From Microbotryum violaceum (lineage: Eukaryota): a stretch of DNA of 64,000 nucleotides. The notes under the pieces were generated by a model. It made no database searches. It was not told the origin of the DNA and worked only from the letters and a program-made list of their open reading frames with translations. Each line of letters opens with the position of its first letter. Position 1 is the first letter of the stretch. Position numbers and translations under genes: made by a program. The stretch spans positions 2,480,001 through 2,544,000 of the forward strand of contig CDLV01000007.1 of the NCBI GenBank assembly GCA_001244265.2, read 5' to 3'. Below are positions 35,658 through 49,921 of this stretch, piece by piece.

Positions 35658-37577
35658 GACAGGCTTTTTCGTTGGAGCGCGCCCCTTTTCTTTTTCGCTT
35701 GTTTTTCCTCCTCTCTCTCTATTGGACGGATGCGATGTACTTCTTTTTTTTTGTCCCCCCTCCTTACTCATCGAATTTGCAATCTCGAGGATCGTCGAAC
35801 AGCGTACTGACTGCGAGAGCGGTACGGAACAATAAACGATACTGGATTTCATTCGAGCGAGGACAACAACTACGGGCAAGCCAAGAAAAAATGCTTGTTC
35901 CAGGAGTAATTGGGAAGACGTACGAAGCATGAGAATAGAGGGCTCGCAAGTACATGATAGTAGGAGCGAAAGTGCGCCCAAAGTGATATCACCGAGCGGG
36001 GGGGCTCGCTCATGCTCAGAGCTAAAAAGTAGGACTCGATCACTTTCCTTTTTGGTTCAACGAGTGTTGGCAGCGAGTCAGCATGGACGACCGACGATCG
36101 TGAGGCTGCGAAGGGACTGTAGGATGAACAGGTATGTGCCCAATGCGCCATGCGATAGGACAAAGTGCTCTGGGTGGGTGGGGTATCGTGGAACAAGTTT
36201 AGGAATTAAGGAGTCATTCTGAGTGCGGCCTCGAAGATGCCGAGGTAGATGTCCGAGACGGTGAAAAGGCGAACGGAGAAGAACCAATTAACGTGCGAAA
36301 AAGTCCGAGAGCTTATCGTCTGGGCCGTCTGGGCATCACGGAGAAATTGCCCCACCCGCTGTGGGGAAAAAGCACCGCGTGGGGCCCATGTCTTGGTTCG
36401 GTGATTGAGGTGATAGATCCAGATCCTTATCCGTGACGCCGGGGTCTCATTACTGTCTCGGTCTTTTTTTTTGCGGGGATCATGTGCTTCACAAGCGACG
36501 CAATCATGTCATCTATCGGATATTGGGATGTGGAGGTGAGTGCGTTTCCCGAGGCCAGTTCCGTTACAAACCCACCGAGCCAATTGCCCTCTGGCTAGGG
36601 TTTTCGTCAGCGTTAGTCAAGTGGCCGATCATCACTACTAGACATGAGTCACGTTCTCGGGCTATCCCACTGAGTTTCATACCACCTGTTTTTAAATCCT
36701 TGAATTCAGCGACGGGGATGTGGTACGTCACGCGAGCACTGAGGCTGCAGTCGACATTATCTGCCGCTGTCGCGCTGCCGTCAGTGACAGTCTCAAGAAT
36801 CCCCCTGCGGAGGTTTCGGTGTCTCAGTACGCATTATAGGCGTGACGATTATTTCGCCTTCTCAATTCGTTTAGAATCATTGTCCTTGAAAAACTTGTCT
36901 CAATTCGTCTTGAGTCATCTTCCATGAAAAACTTGTCTTTCAACGAAGATTTGATAGGATGAGATGGGCTCATCATGAGCTAGGGGTACAAGTCCGCCTC
37001 GTGCGAGGAAAGGAGTGTAAGGCATGCGCCTCTGATGTGCATAAAATACAATCTGACGTTCTTGACCATTAGACTAAAAGCAAGTCGTAACTAGAACTCA
37101 GCAGTTCTAGCTACTCAAAGGCTACTTATAGGGCTGTTCTGTAGGGCATCCCCTTACAAGGAGCCTGAATTCCGGCCTTTAAGAAGAGAAAGCTCAAACC
37201 GCGTGGAGCTTGAGATAACGGTGAGACAGACCCCTTTCGAAGGGGTATGGAACGGAGATTTCCACCCGCCAGTACATGTGAGACAGCGATATGTATCAAA
37301 GGATCGTTTCAGGTCTCGGTTTTCAAGTTTCAGGTATCTGGTGTTGTCCGGAGTGACTTTGGGCCGAGAAAGAGAGGACTCTTTGGTCGTCCGTTTTGAT
37401 CCCAAGTGCTCGCTTCAGAAGCTTTTAAGCGACACTGTGGCGGCTAACGTGCCGACTTGTGTGCAATGTGGGAATATAACGGATACAACATAATTTTGGA
37501 GCAATTCAACAGCGATACAAAGCAACTAGAACCGCGGTACCGTCCCCTCCCCCACCCCCCGCATCGCCCATTCTCTC

Positions 37578-40500
37578 CTAATCCTCATCGGCCACATTCC
37601 GATTCACGAACTTCCATAACGTCCGACCTGCTTCGACCCCAATCAATTCCTGCATCTGTGCCAAATCCAACTCGCACAAACTCTCGACCGAATCGACCCT
37701 ATTCATAACGTAGCGATAATTCTTGGTCGTTACGCCGGGTAGGGAACGGAGAATCTCTTGGGGCGAGATGGAGAAACCTGAACCTTCGATCGAGAGGGAT
37801 GAAGTCGAGTCGTCGGCTCCTATTAGGAGAGCTTGGGTAGGGTCAGGTTCGGGTCGGTTTTCTTTGAGCTCGCGAAATATTTCGACGGTTTGGTAGGGGG
37901 AAGAGGACCAGATCGTTTTGAGGCGGGGAAAGGCGATGGTCAAGAGAACGAGTTTGGAGCGTAGGTCAAAGTCGAAGGATTCGCCTTTGGGGCGTAGTTC
38001 GACGTAGGTCTGTGAGAGCAATTCGATCATCGGCCTCATTTAGCATTGGGTACTTGGGGTACAAAAACCAGTCCTCTTTCAAAGAGTCCTTACCTCGAGA
38101 TTGAATGACTTTTTCTCATCGAATTCGATCAACAGAATGGGGGTCTTGTAATGCGCGCTCATGATCTCGCACTGTTGGTACAACCTCCCGGAATTGAACG
38201 AGCCAATCAAATCCGGAATACTCTTCCTTTCCACACACATCTCGGGCGAGAGGACGTAGTCCCCTATAGAGATGGTCAAGGGTTCGATATCGAAACCTCC
38301 TTCGTGCAAGAGGGAGGGGAGGGAAGAGCGGAATTCGCGCACGTCGATGATCACTTTCGGCGGGGTCACTTCGGCGTTTCGAGATCCGCCTTTACGGGTG
38401 GAGGTGGTGCGCAGGAGGGTGGATTGGTATTCCTCGTCGTTGGGTCGGTATTCCGCTTCGTGGGGAATCGCCATGGAACCTCGTTCTCTGATCAGACGCT
38501 CAAAAGCATCTTTTTCCTTGCGGATACTGCTGAGGTAGCGTTGTTCCTCGACCGAATCCTTGTAAGTCAAGAAATAGACGCGCAGAGCCAAGCCTTGATG
38601 TAGAGCCCGATAGGTTTCGAGACGCCGTACGAACGCTGGGTCGGGGTCAAAGAGGACGACGTATTTAGGGCGCAGTTCCTCAAGTACTTTGTCGTCATCA
38701 TCGTCGGAGTAAGGTCGGATGAGGACGAGATCCTCGTTGTCTAAGAGACCGAATGTCTCGTCGAACCGATGAAGATCAAACTCCGAAGTGAGAGGTAGAT
38801 CACCTCCTCCATGGGTGGTGGACAGCATGAACGCCGGTGTGGTGCCTCCTTCTTCAATTTTAGCGAACGCCTGACTCGCATCGAGTAGTTGGGCCACTTC
38901 GTTCGCTTCCACTTCCAACGCCTCGGGATTCGCACCCGTCAGCATGACCGAGCTAGCTCGATCAGCAACGTTGATGGAGCCTCCTCCGCGCACGCGTCGA
39001 CGTTTTTGATTGGGCACTTGACCGCGTTGCATCTCCATCTTGCGCTTCAAAGCCTGACTAATCGGTCCCGCATACGGTATCGGATTTGATCCACCTCCAC
39101 CACCAGTCGAATTGAATGACCCAACCGCCGAAGGTTTTTGCGGCGACCTATCCTTCTTGATCGTTTGATTCATTTTACCCATAGCTCCTTTCCAGAAAAA
39201 ATAGGCGTTCAATTTGTTCAACAACATATCCTTGCTCCTTCCCGCGTCCTCAGCTCGTGCTTCAAGGTAGTCGCCGAGCGTTTGACATGTTTCGGACGAA
39301 TTGCACATGATGAGGATCGTATCGGAGGAATAACCAACTGCGCGAAAGGGTGTTGACAGCCGAGTGAGCCACGAGAGGGATCGTTTCAGGTGAGTAGGCT
39401 AACTCACATGGATCGGCAGGTATCCTCTCAATATCGGTTTCGATCTCCTCCAACACCTGCGCCAACAAGTACCACTTGGGTTGTTCCTCCAGCACGGGTT
39501 CGATATTAGGCGGTAACCAACTCGTATTCGGGATAGGGCGAGGTTCAGCTGGAAGAGGCACCTCTTCATCATTCTCCCTGACCGGATTCTCGGATTTCTT
39601 TCCGGGTGTCGTTGGCGCTTCTCGAGTCGGTGAAGGTAACTTGGTAACGTCGACCCCACTCTCGATAGAACGAAGCATCTCCTCCTCTTCCTCCGTAGGC
39701 TCATCGAAACCCCATTCATCTTCCCCCAAATCATCAGGGATCAGCTCTCCCTCAACACTAACACTTTCCTCCCTCCTCTTGTTCTCCACCTTTGGTTTTT
39801 TAAGGTAAACGCGTTTTTGGGCGACGGTGAATATGGTGTCAGCTGCGGTGGTGTATAACCATGGTGATCGGTCCTTCTTGTCGAGTGCTGTGACGTTGCC
39901 GTTCTTCGTGGTGAGGGAGGAGGAGGAGGCTTGGGAAGTAAGAATCGTCTCGAGGAATCGATTGAAGGAGACGCAGTCAAGGGCGAGGAGGTAACTATGA
40001 GAACCGTACACGATGAGCTTCTCTAGATAAAGATTGGCGGTGCGATCGAAGGAAGCGTGGGGAAAAGAAGCACTCACGCCTGCAACTTTCTCAACATGGT
40101 CAAATCCTGCACGAGCAGTTTGGTCCTGCTACCAACTTTGTGCCAAACGGGATCCAACCTCGAACGTACTAAACCGTCGAAAGAGCGAAAGAGCGCATTC
40201 TCGACCGTCAAATCTTCCACCTCGAGCTGTGAAAAAGGGCCACGGCCAAAAACAGTTTGAATTCGCCTATGCCTATTCGCGGATAGATTCAACGTCAACT
40301 GACATAGGTATTACTCCTCTTGATTTCTGAAAGGGTCGCTTCCATGCATTCGATGATGGCGCCTTGTATATCCAACATCTTATCCGTCAAAGGCTGATAC
40401 AATTCAACGACATCGGCTTTGCGCTTTTGGAGGTCCCGATCGACGTCGGTGTGGAAACGAGGGCAAATGATGACTTCGCGTAGTTGGAGTTGTTGGAGAA

Positions 40501-41455
40501 CGGTTTGAAGAGGGGAGAGGCCAAAGGTGAATTGTTCGGGTTGGTCCGAGAAGGCTTTGAGAAAGCCGATCTGGTCGGCGAGAGAGAAGGGTTAGGCACC
40601 CGATCCTGTTTTCTGGAATTAGACTGGGGGACTGACCCGATTTTGTCGTCGGTATATCCTGACAATAAAAGCCTCAAGGGACGTCGGCGTGACACTGCGT
40701 TAGAGGGTGCAGCCGTTCTCAAACGGTCAGATCTCAGCGTTCAAGAGCGAACGACGGCAAATGAAAAGCTGGAGGCGTACGTTTCGGCATGGAGTACGAT
40801 GATGCCCGTGATGAGGGCGACGGGAATCTTGTTGTTGAGCATGTCGACGACCAAGATACGGGACGTGACGGAGAATAGACCTCCTTGCTTGTACATCTTT
40901 TCCCTGTGGGCGCGGGGGGGTGGTGTGGCCAGTCTGGGTCTGGGTCAGGACTGGACTTAGGGGGGAGACTTGACGTCACAAAAAAGGGGGCAGTGGGTGA
41001 GCCGACCTCGTCTCTGCGGCGACTTCGAACCCGACCGATTTGAGGTGGATGCCCGTCTCTTGAGCTAGACCTCGTTCTTCATCCGGTGTCGCGTTGACGA
41101 CGAGCAGGAGATGGTTCGAGGTGTCGTAGATGCGTAGCTGCAAGGAAAGGGAAAGGGGTGGGATGGGAATTGGGATGATCGAGCCAGCGGAGGTCAGCTC
41201 GGGCGAGGTGGTAGCGGTCAGTAAGACTCTCAAGTGATTGCTTACCATTGTAGCGACAATGGTCCTCATCCCTAACCCCCTCGCGATCAACAACAGTGCA
41301 TCTCCCCTCTCGGCACTGGTCGTCGCAGCAGCTGGCTCCGATCCCGATCCCGAGTCGGACGTGTTTTCGCGCGGTAACATCCGCTGCAACAACGAGCGTT
41401 GGAAGGGGAGCAGCGGGAGCGCATCCTCTTCTGTGGGGAGAGCGGTGGATGGCAT
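37578..41455 (-). CDS. RAD1: XPF/Rad1 structure-specific DNA repair endonuclease, multi-exon
   Basis: Motifs LLLIARGLG, SVTSRILVVDML, LWPRFH, LEEQPKW, ERCC4 nuclease IDVREFRSSLP...GDYVL...VERKS and a C-terminal HhH LRSLPGV. Confidence 0.95.
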
Positions 41456-42063
41456 TTCGGAGTGCGGTGGGTGGGGCTGATCCGGCCTGGAGAGGTCAGC
41501 CTCGACAAGGTCAGTCTCAACTCGCTCAGTCTCAACTCGCTCAACTGACGAGTCGGATCGCGCCGAGCCGAGCCGATGCGGGCGATCGATGACGCGCGCC
41601 GGAAACAATTGCGCTTTACGACGCCAAATCGCCCGAGTCTAACTCCATTATCGAGTGGCTTATCGTCGTCACCCCGCGCAGGGTGGTCTCGTCCGCCTCG
41701 TCGTCCGCCTTCCGCTCTTGGCGCAACTTGACCTTTCCCAACTCTCATACCCCCACTCGCCGTATTCCACCCCACCCCCCAACGTACGTTTACGCCAACC
41801 TGAGCAGATCCCGAAGCACGGGCGTACGGCATAGCGAGATGGAGCGCCCGCCCGCCCGTCGGAGGATCCGCCTCTTGCTCGAGAGACTGGGCGCTGTAGG
41901 GCCCCCAACCCAACCCATGACGAACTTTGTCGGCGCAGTCTACACGACCTACACCGTCACCGAACTGCCATTCAAGTACCGGCCAGAGAAACGCACTGAC
42001 CCTTTTTAGCTCATGCTCCACCTCCCCCCCAAACCCCCATCAAATCTCGTGTTCGCCAACTAG

Positions 42064-43306
42064 ATGCCAGGCCTTACCGACGATGAAGTCGTTTCCGAAT
42101 TGCGCAAGATGGTTTGTCCCGCCTGATCGGGTACTTGCCTCGATCGTTTTCGAGCTGCTAATCCTCGTCTCGTCTTACCGGCTGGGCTATCGCTTAGACC
42201 GCTTTCATTAAACAAGAAGCGCTCGAAAAGGCACGAGAGATCAAAGTCAAGGCCGACGAGGAATTCTCCATCGAAAAGGTAAGTTTATCAAACAGCGGGC
42301 CGGCTACGCGGCGTAAGGGAACCGCGTTCTTGCTACTGACCCGCAGCGGTCCGCTCTCACGTACATCCACGCGCAGGCCAAGATCGTGCGACAGGAATCG
42401 ATCAATATCGATGCGACGTTGGAGAGAAAGAAGAAGCAAGTCGAGATCGAAAAGAAGATGTGCGTGCTCCTTGCCCTCGTCTCCTGTTTTTTCTTCTTTT
42501 CCTTAAAGCTGATCCCGTCCCCCTACGTTGTCGTTGTGGCTCTCACAGCGCCATCTCGAACCAGAACAATAAATCGCGCCTGCAACTGTTGGAGAAGCGC
42601 GAAGAGTTGTTGGAGAAGGTGTTTGATGACGCGAGGGATAGGATTGGGCAAGCGACCAAGGACGAGAAGAAGTATGCCGAATTGTTAAAGCGCTTGGTCT
42701 TGCAGGTACGCTTGCTTCCAAGCGGCCGCCGTCGATCTTGACGTTCGATAAAATACAAGACCTGATCTCGTCGGGTCGTGCGTACAGGCCATCTTCACCA
42801 TCATGGAGAAGGACGTCAAGGTTTCGGGACGACAGAGGGATGAAAAGTTGTTGAAGAAGGCGGCCAAGGAGGCCGTCGAGGAGTTTGAGAAGCAGACGGG
42901 GTGGGCACCCAAGTTCGCCATCGAGACGGATTTGAATGACAAGTCGTGAGTTGAAAGTCCAGGGAAGGAAAGGGAGGCGACTGATCCGGGTCGGGCATTC
43001 TTAGTGCCGGCGGTGTGATCATCAAGGGATACGGCTCGAGGATCACGGTCAACAACACCCTCGACGAGCGATTGAGGCTCTTGGAGGAAAAGGTGCGTGA
43101 CGGCGCTTGAGCGATCCCATCAACTCTGGCTCAGAGCATTAGACTGATGGATCACAACCTTCTTCGCACAGATGTTGCCGGAGTTGAGGGAGTCGTTGTT
43201 CGGCAAGAATGAGAATCGACGAGTGAGTACAGTACACCTTTCGAATCTCATAGCCGCTAGATGGGTATTGACACCTCGATTTACTCCACCACAGTTCTAT
43301 TCGTAA
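42064..43306 (+). CDS. VMA4: V-type H+-ATPase subunit E, multi-exon
   Basis: MPGLTDDEVVSELRKM|TAFIKQEALEKAREIKVKADEEFSIEK, GGVII...RITVNNTLDERL, and MLPELRESLFGKNENRRFYS. Confidence 0.95.
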
Positions 43307-44065
43307 TCGACTCCTTCTCGTACATGCTATCGTATAGACAACTTCACGGCAATACGGAGCCGATCCAACCCCGTGTTAACCTCGACGTATCTCTCTTCGG
43401 ATCGACCTCACCTTGTTCCCTGCTGTGCTAGCGTTTTCTTTTCTTTTCTTTCTTTCGATGCTTCTTGAAATTACCATATGTGCAACATGTGCCCTATCTT
43501 CCAATACGGACTCAGTTACGAAGAGTGCAGCGGGAAGAACGATGAATTAGATCGGAGGCCGCACGTGATCTGAGCCAGTCGGGCGACATGAGACATGGTC
43601 GGGCACAGTTTAACGGGAAGAGTCGCTCGAAGATGTGAATGAGGTCCGGTAGGTAGTATCCTTTCTTCGGGAAGGGCCAGGCTTTCCAAAATGTTCTGTA
43701 GTGAAAGTAGAATTCTACACATGAGTCGTGTGGACGCTCCTTATGATGACCCCGCTTGAGCATTTCAGCGGTACGACTGCCGCGCTTGGCGGAACAGGGC
43801 GCACCGGCTATCGTGCTTTCGCATTTGCCGGAGGCTTTATCAGCTCGATCGTAAAGCCCAACAACAGCTGAGCCTCCACCTCTTTTCTGATCCCGGGGCC
43901 TCGACTTGACAAAGGAGGGACCGGTTGCTTCCTTTTGTTTTATGGATGCACCGCAAACTGTTTTCGACGTCCTCCTACCCACGTTGTCATCGACTTGCAC
44001 CTCTGCTCAGTTCATCCTCTCGCCTTCAAGTTACCGTGCTCACGCAAAGACTGACGATCAGGATA

Positions 44066-47000
44066 ATGTCGAAACCGCACCAAAGGCTCAATCACCTCCT
44101 CTCGTCTACGGGAAGTGGCTCACCTTCCTTAGCCGAGAAGAGGGGAGAACTCCTTGGAACTCTCAAGATTGGTGATCTCAGTGTACCTGTCTACGAGGCG
44201 ATGGATAAGGAACGTTGTGTTCGTGAGGAAGGGGGCAACGTGCTCGATTTCGAAGCGAGTGGGTTGGAAGGCGCTGGTACGTTGGGTGATGATCGCTTGG
44301 GAGAGGATTTGGTGTGGATGTGCAAAAAGCATTTATTGGGTACGTTCAAGCAAAGCTTCCCATGAGGTAAGAGGACGCTCAGTACCGCACGGTAGATTGA
44401 TTGAACCCCCTTCCCTACCTCTTCGTTCACGTCGAACAGGCCAGGATATGTTCCTCTATTCCCCACCGGGTCCTTACGCACGTCGATTGGCCCTCACTTT
44501 CGCTCATCTCCTCAACCGACCTTTCGAGATCGTATCCTTGCATCGCGATGTCGGAGAATCCGAGTTGAAGCAGGGGAGGGAAATCAGAGGCAAAGGACAG
44601 TTGGTTTACACCGACTCTTCGGCGGTCAGGGCGGCCAAGTTGGGCAGTTTGTTGATCTTGGATGGGATCGAGAGGGTCAGTAAAGATCGGACTCAGTTTT
44701 TTAGAGCTCGGATACACAATAGAGCTAATCTGGGGCTTTCTGAAATAGTGCGAACGAGGTGTCTTGCCCACGCTTAACAATTTGCTCGAGAACCGAGAAA
44801 TCGTCAGTTTACATTTTGTCGGAGGCATGAAGGCTCTCTTATGCCGTATACTGATCCCACTTGACGTGTTTGAACAATGTAGAACCTCGAAGATGGAACA
44901 CACATCGTCTCGGCCGATCGCTACGACCTCATGGTCAAGAATGGCGAGGACACGGCTTTGTTCATCCCCGCTCATCGCGATTTCAGGGTCATCGCAATCG
45001 GAACCCCCGTTCGTGAGTCGTACAACTTCGACTCGTACATACCCCGGAGAAGACCAAGCACAGCAAGCTAATGCTCGATATTTTTTTCGCTCCCTCAGCT
45101 CCATTCCCGGGATACCCACTCGACCCACCTTTCCGTTCGCGCTTTCAAGCGCGCTACCTCGACCCCTTGGCGACCTGCAAAACGCTCGCCGCGCCTCAAC
45201 TTCCGCTGCACGAACCATCGCGCTCATTCGTGTCCAAGTGCTCGGACGCGATCACGACCTTGCAAATCACCAAAGAAATGCGAGCCAAGATGGCCTCGGG
45301 CGTGATCGATTCGAACGACTTGCCTTCCTTCCCTCAAACGGCACTGTGGAAGCTCGCGCGCTTGCTAGATCGATTCCCACCTCCCGTTGATGCGTCTTTG
45401 ACGAACCCGGCGCAAGTCGCGAGCGTGTTGATGGCCGTTCATCCTGCGCTCGCGTTTGTCAACAAGGCGCATTGGAGATCGGTTGAGGAGGCTTTCGTCG
45501 CTGCTGGGTTGGGCGATTGGGTCACTGGTTTGGACGAGGTCGATCCTGCTTCGGTCGGGATGGAAAAAGGTGGCTTTTGGGGATGGGAGTTGGACGAGAT
45601 CGAAAGGGTCTCGTCAGGCTTGGCCAAAGTCAGTTTCGTCAGGGGTGGCGGCGTTGAAAAGATTGTGCTCGAGGATGTGGCGATCGGTCCGAGGTCTTTG
45701 ACGAACTTGGAGGAGGTACTCAAAGGGACTCAAGATGGTCGCGTCATCGCTACTTCGAGGTTCGTGCATCTCTTGACGACGTTGGTCCAGCTGCACGCGT
45801 TGGGATCCTTCGACCTAGCCGTCACGCCTCCTTCCTCGTCGTTGCAATCCTCTTCATCATCGACTAATCTCCTCATCGATACCTTTGCCGGATTGTTGGG
45901 TTACGAATTGGAGACGCTGCATCTTTACAAGGAGCTCTCTGGTCGAGAGATTTGGATGCGTCGAGTTGTCAGTCGAGGAGCGTCCGACGAGGCATCGACT
46001 TCGACCGAATCAGGCGTGGCGGGGACGACGACGTGGGAACCAAGTTTGTTGACCCAGGGTGCGTGGGAGGGCAAGTTGGTGCATCTCGAAGGTATCGATA
46101 CGATCGGATCGACGGTAGGAAGTCTCGGTAGGCTGTTGATGGATCGTGAGGCCGAACTTTGGGAAGGTCAGAGGATGCTCGGGCCCAAACCCGAGGGAGA
46201 AGAAGGGGCCGACAAGGATGGGACCATCATTTCGAGAATTCATCCGTCGTTCAGGATCATTGCGACATCATCAAAATCTTCGCCACCGAAGGAATGGCTG
46301 ACCGAGGAACTGTCCGCTAACTTTATCGGCTTACCTTCGATCGCGATGTCTTTGGAAGAGGAGAAAGCTATTCTTCTCGCGACGGGGTGCACGCCGACTA
46401 TTGTCGATCGATTGGAAGTCTTTGCTCGCGCTTATCGACGCGCCAATGCCGCTCCGGGAAGCAAGAGTCGTCGATTGGGCACGGCGAGCTTGGTCCGTAT
46501 CGCGACGAGGTTGAGCAAATTCCCCGGCGAAGGTTTGTTTGGTCTGTTGAATCGAACGTTGTTGAGCGAGTTCTTACCGAACACCGCCAAGGAGGAGTTG
46601 TGGACCTTGTTCAAGGATACGGAAATCGCTCCGGATCCGGAATGGGTGAGTGGTCGAGTCATTGCTGTCGAGTCAACCTTTGAGCCATGACTGATCAAAA
46701 GTTCGATTTCGCCAGTGGAACCCACCTCCCGAAGTCAAAGCCGGCAACCTCGTGTTTCCCGCCGCCAGCGATCCTGCCGGCGTAGCCAAGGCTTACGAAG
46801 TGCGCCTCTTCGACCTCAAGACCCACGACGCCCTCGGCTCGTCCTACATCCCTTACATGAACAACTTTCTCGACAACTCGCAACAGACGGCTCTCATACG
46901 GGATATTGCCGTCGATCTCGAGCTGCTCGGCGAGCACGTCCTTCTGCTGGGCAACCAAGGTGTGGGGAAGAACAAGATCGTCGATCGCATGCTGCAGTTG

Positions 47001-49256
47001 CTCAATCGACCTCGCGAGTTCGTGCAACTTCATCGTGATACGACGACGCAATCTCTTCAATTCAAGACGTCATTGGAAGGTGGTGTGATTCGATACGTAG
47101 ATTCACCCCTCCTCCGAGCTGTCGCATTGGGTCGAGTGATCGTCATCGATGAAGTTGACAAGGCGGCTGCACCCGTCGTCGCTTCGTTGGCATCGTTGGC
47201 CGCGAGGGGAGAAATGACTCTTGCCGATGGGAGAAAGATCAGACCTGCTGGATCGGTTGGATCGGATAAGGATATCATCGTTCATCCCAATTTCAGGATC
47301 GTGCTATTGGCAAACCGACCGGGTACTCCGTTCTTGGGTAATCGTGAGTTGCTCGGAGGTAGCGCAACAAAAAAAACTGAGCTCAACTTTACCCACACTG
47401 ATTGACGCCTCGAGCATGTGCTTCACAGCATTCCTTCGTGTGCTCGGAGATACGTTCAGCACCTACGCGGTCACGAACCCCGATATCGACTCTGAGCAAC
47501 GCGTCCTGGCGCAGCTCGCCCCAGAACTCGACGAGCAGCTATTGAGGTCGCTCGTACAAGCTTTCGGTGATCTACGCAAGGCCTTCGATGTGAGTCAAAA
47601 TTTTAGGGAAGGGGAATGAGAGGAAATGTATACCAGTAGCTTACTTGGATATCTTCTCCATCGTTCCCAATGCAGAGCGGTGCCTTATCGTACCCGTTCT
47701 CCCTGCGCGAACTTCTCGCCATCGTCCGTCACCTCAAGCGCTACCCGGATGACACGCTCGAAGAAGTGCTCCGTAACGTCTTTGATTTCGATACGCATCG
47801 ACCCGAGACGATCGACAAGCTCTACTCGGTTTTGAGAAAGTACAAGTTGGGCGTCACGAGGGTCGGACTGGACGCCGTTCGTGGACCGACGGGGCTCGAT
47901 GGCGAGAAAAAAATCAAAAAGACCAAAGTTATTGAGTTCCAACCCAAAGGTGCGACAGACCTTTCTGAACCCAAGTTTGGGAAGGGGCCCGACGGAAAAT
48001 TGCATGTGAGTCGACCGTATGCGATTCTGCTTCGATTTAGTTGGGCGATTATACTGAGGTGGTCCTCGAGTTTGAACGCCAAGGTTGGCGGCAACAAGTG
48101 GGCTGGCGGCACGGGAGGTCGATCGACGGCTGGATTGGGTGGTCGAGTGAGTAACATCTGTTTCGTTCACGAACGAGAGGAAAGTTTGTAATGCTGAATC
48201 TGGCTCACTTTTTCGCGAATATAGGGTGGTGCGCAGCGACTTGCCGTCAAGGGCCAGGACATCCACCAAATCCCCGATTCGCTCAAAGCCGACGTCCCCG
48301 ACCACATCAAGCAGCAAGCGCGTGACATGGCTCGCAAGGAACTCGCAAAACGTCTTGCCGACATCGATCTCACCTCGTCGCAGGCATCGCAGTACTCGGG
48401 CTACCACGACGCCGTCCAGAGTCACGTGCAGCAGCTCGTCTCCTTCCTCGACAACCTCGAAGCGAACGAAGAGGAGCGTGTGTGGCTCAAGCGACAAACC
48501 GATGGAGAGCTAGACGAATCGCGCCTTAGTGAAGCGTTGACGCAAGAGTCGACGGTTTACAAGCGTCGAGGCATGGAGAAGCCCGAGTTGGGACGTCCGC
48601 AGCTCAAGCCGAAGCGTATCCGTTTCGTCTTCGACTGCAGTGCGTCGATGTACCGCAATCAGTACACGGGCGGGTTGACGCGATCGCTCGAGACGGCGGT
48701 GATGGTCATGGAGGCGTTTGCGCGCATCTCGCACAAGGAGAAGTACCGTATCGACTTGATCGGCCATAGTGGTGAGGAGGTGTCGATCCCTCTTGTGCCA
48801 ATTGATACTTTCCCCGCCCATGCGGGTGAGCGCTACAAGGTCATTCAGAAGATGGCTTTGATTCCTCAATTGTGAGTTCAGCGAAGTTTTACGTGAAGGA
48901 TTTGCGCCGACTCGATTTGCCCACTTTTCCTTGGCAGCTGCTGGGCCGGCGACAACACGGTGCCGTGCATCGAAGAAAGCGTGCAAGCCGTCGCTGAATC
49001 CGACTCGGACGACTACTTTTGTATCGTCATCACCGACGCCAACCTCCCTCGGTATGGTATTACTCCCGAGGACCTGAAGCGTGCGATGACGTCCAACTCT
49101 AAGGTCAAGGTTTCGTTGGTTGCGATCGGCGAAGGTGCCGAGAGCGAGTGGTTGCCCAGAGTCTTGCCGGGGAGGTGCCATGCGGTCAAGGAGACGGCTG
49201 ATATTGCGACGACATTAAGGTCCATCTTGGGGTCGATGTTGACGGGCGAGCTGTAG
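44066..49256 (+). CDS. VWA8: VWA8-like AAA+ ATPase with C-terminal von Willebrand A domain, multi-exon
   Basis: QDMFLYSPPGP, LNNLLENRE, GYPLDPPFRSRFQ, Walker A LLGNQGVGKNK, IDEVDKA, HVGGNKWAGGTGGRSTAGLGG, MIDAS DCSAS, GHSGE and ITDANL, all characteristic of VWA8. Confidence 0.88.
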
Positions 49257-49921
49257 AAGTTGCGATAATTTTAGTACGAAATAAATTTTATCTTGGTGTT
49301 GAGCAAATTCGTGACTGGTAAATATGAAATCATCTAGAGCGCTCAGTCGGGTTTTGCTCTTTCCTACTGGTCCGAGCGGAGAACGTATTACCCTGCGAGG
49401 CGCAAAAATGACATTACATCAATATCGATTGTTACCAAATCATGCAATGTTGCATATTCCCACGCGGCTGTTGTACTTGATTCCAAGCGATGCTCGCTTC
49501 GGTTGCGCTGCCTCGGACAGTTGGGTTCAGATTTCAGATTACGTCCGGGGAAGAGAGGAGAGGGGTCCGACCGTTACCCCGCGCAATTGTGGAACCGCGG
49601 CGGCCGAGGCTGACGAAGAGAGCTTGAAGTTCTCGTGCAACCCACCTGGTTCAGTCCGCGTCCATCGTACACCAGATATTCGGACTTGACATTCTCTTTT
49701 GTTTCGTGCCTACTCTTTGCTCTTCCATTACTTCGATCATCGGTGTCGCCACTGGTGAACTCGAACCGCAGCGGCGTCGCGGACTCCAGCGCGATCTCTT
49801 CACGGGGTGTGGAGGCTCCCCCGTCACCACCCCCTCTCCTCTCCTCTCCTCTCCTCTCGCCATCTCGGGGACGACCTCACTCGCCGCCACTCGCGCGTGG
49901 TGCTGATCGAGGGGGGAAGTC

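Noticed and set aside
35700-37550. Short ORFs and small direct repeats (tgaaaaacttgtct x2) between RFA2 and RAD1
   Set aside because: No coherent gene model or element boundaries.
43512-44000. 162-aa minus-strand ORF between VMA4 and VWA8
   Set aside because: No recognisable domain, and it overlaps the probable VWA8 promoter; cannot be supported without expression data.
44066-44110. PTS2 peroxisomal signal at the VWA8 N-terminus (QRLNHLLSST)
   Set aside because: Spacing does not fit R-L-x5-H/Q-L.
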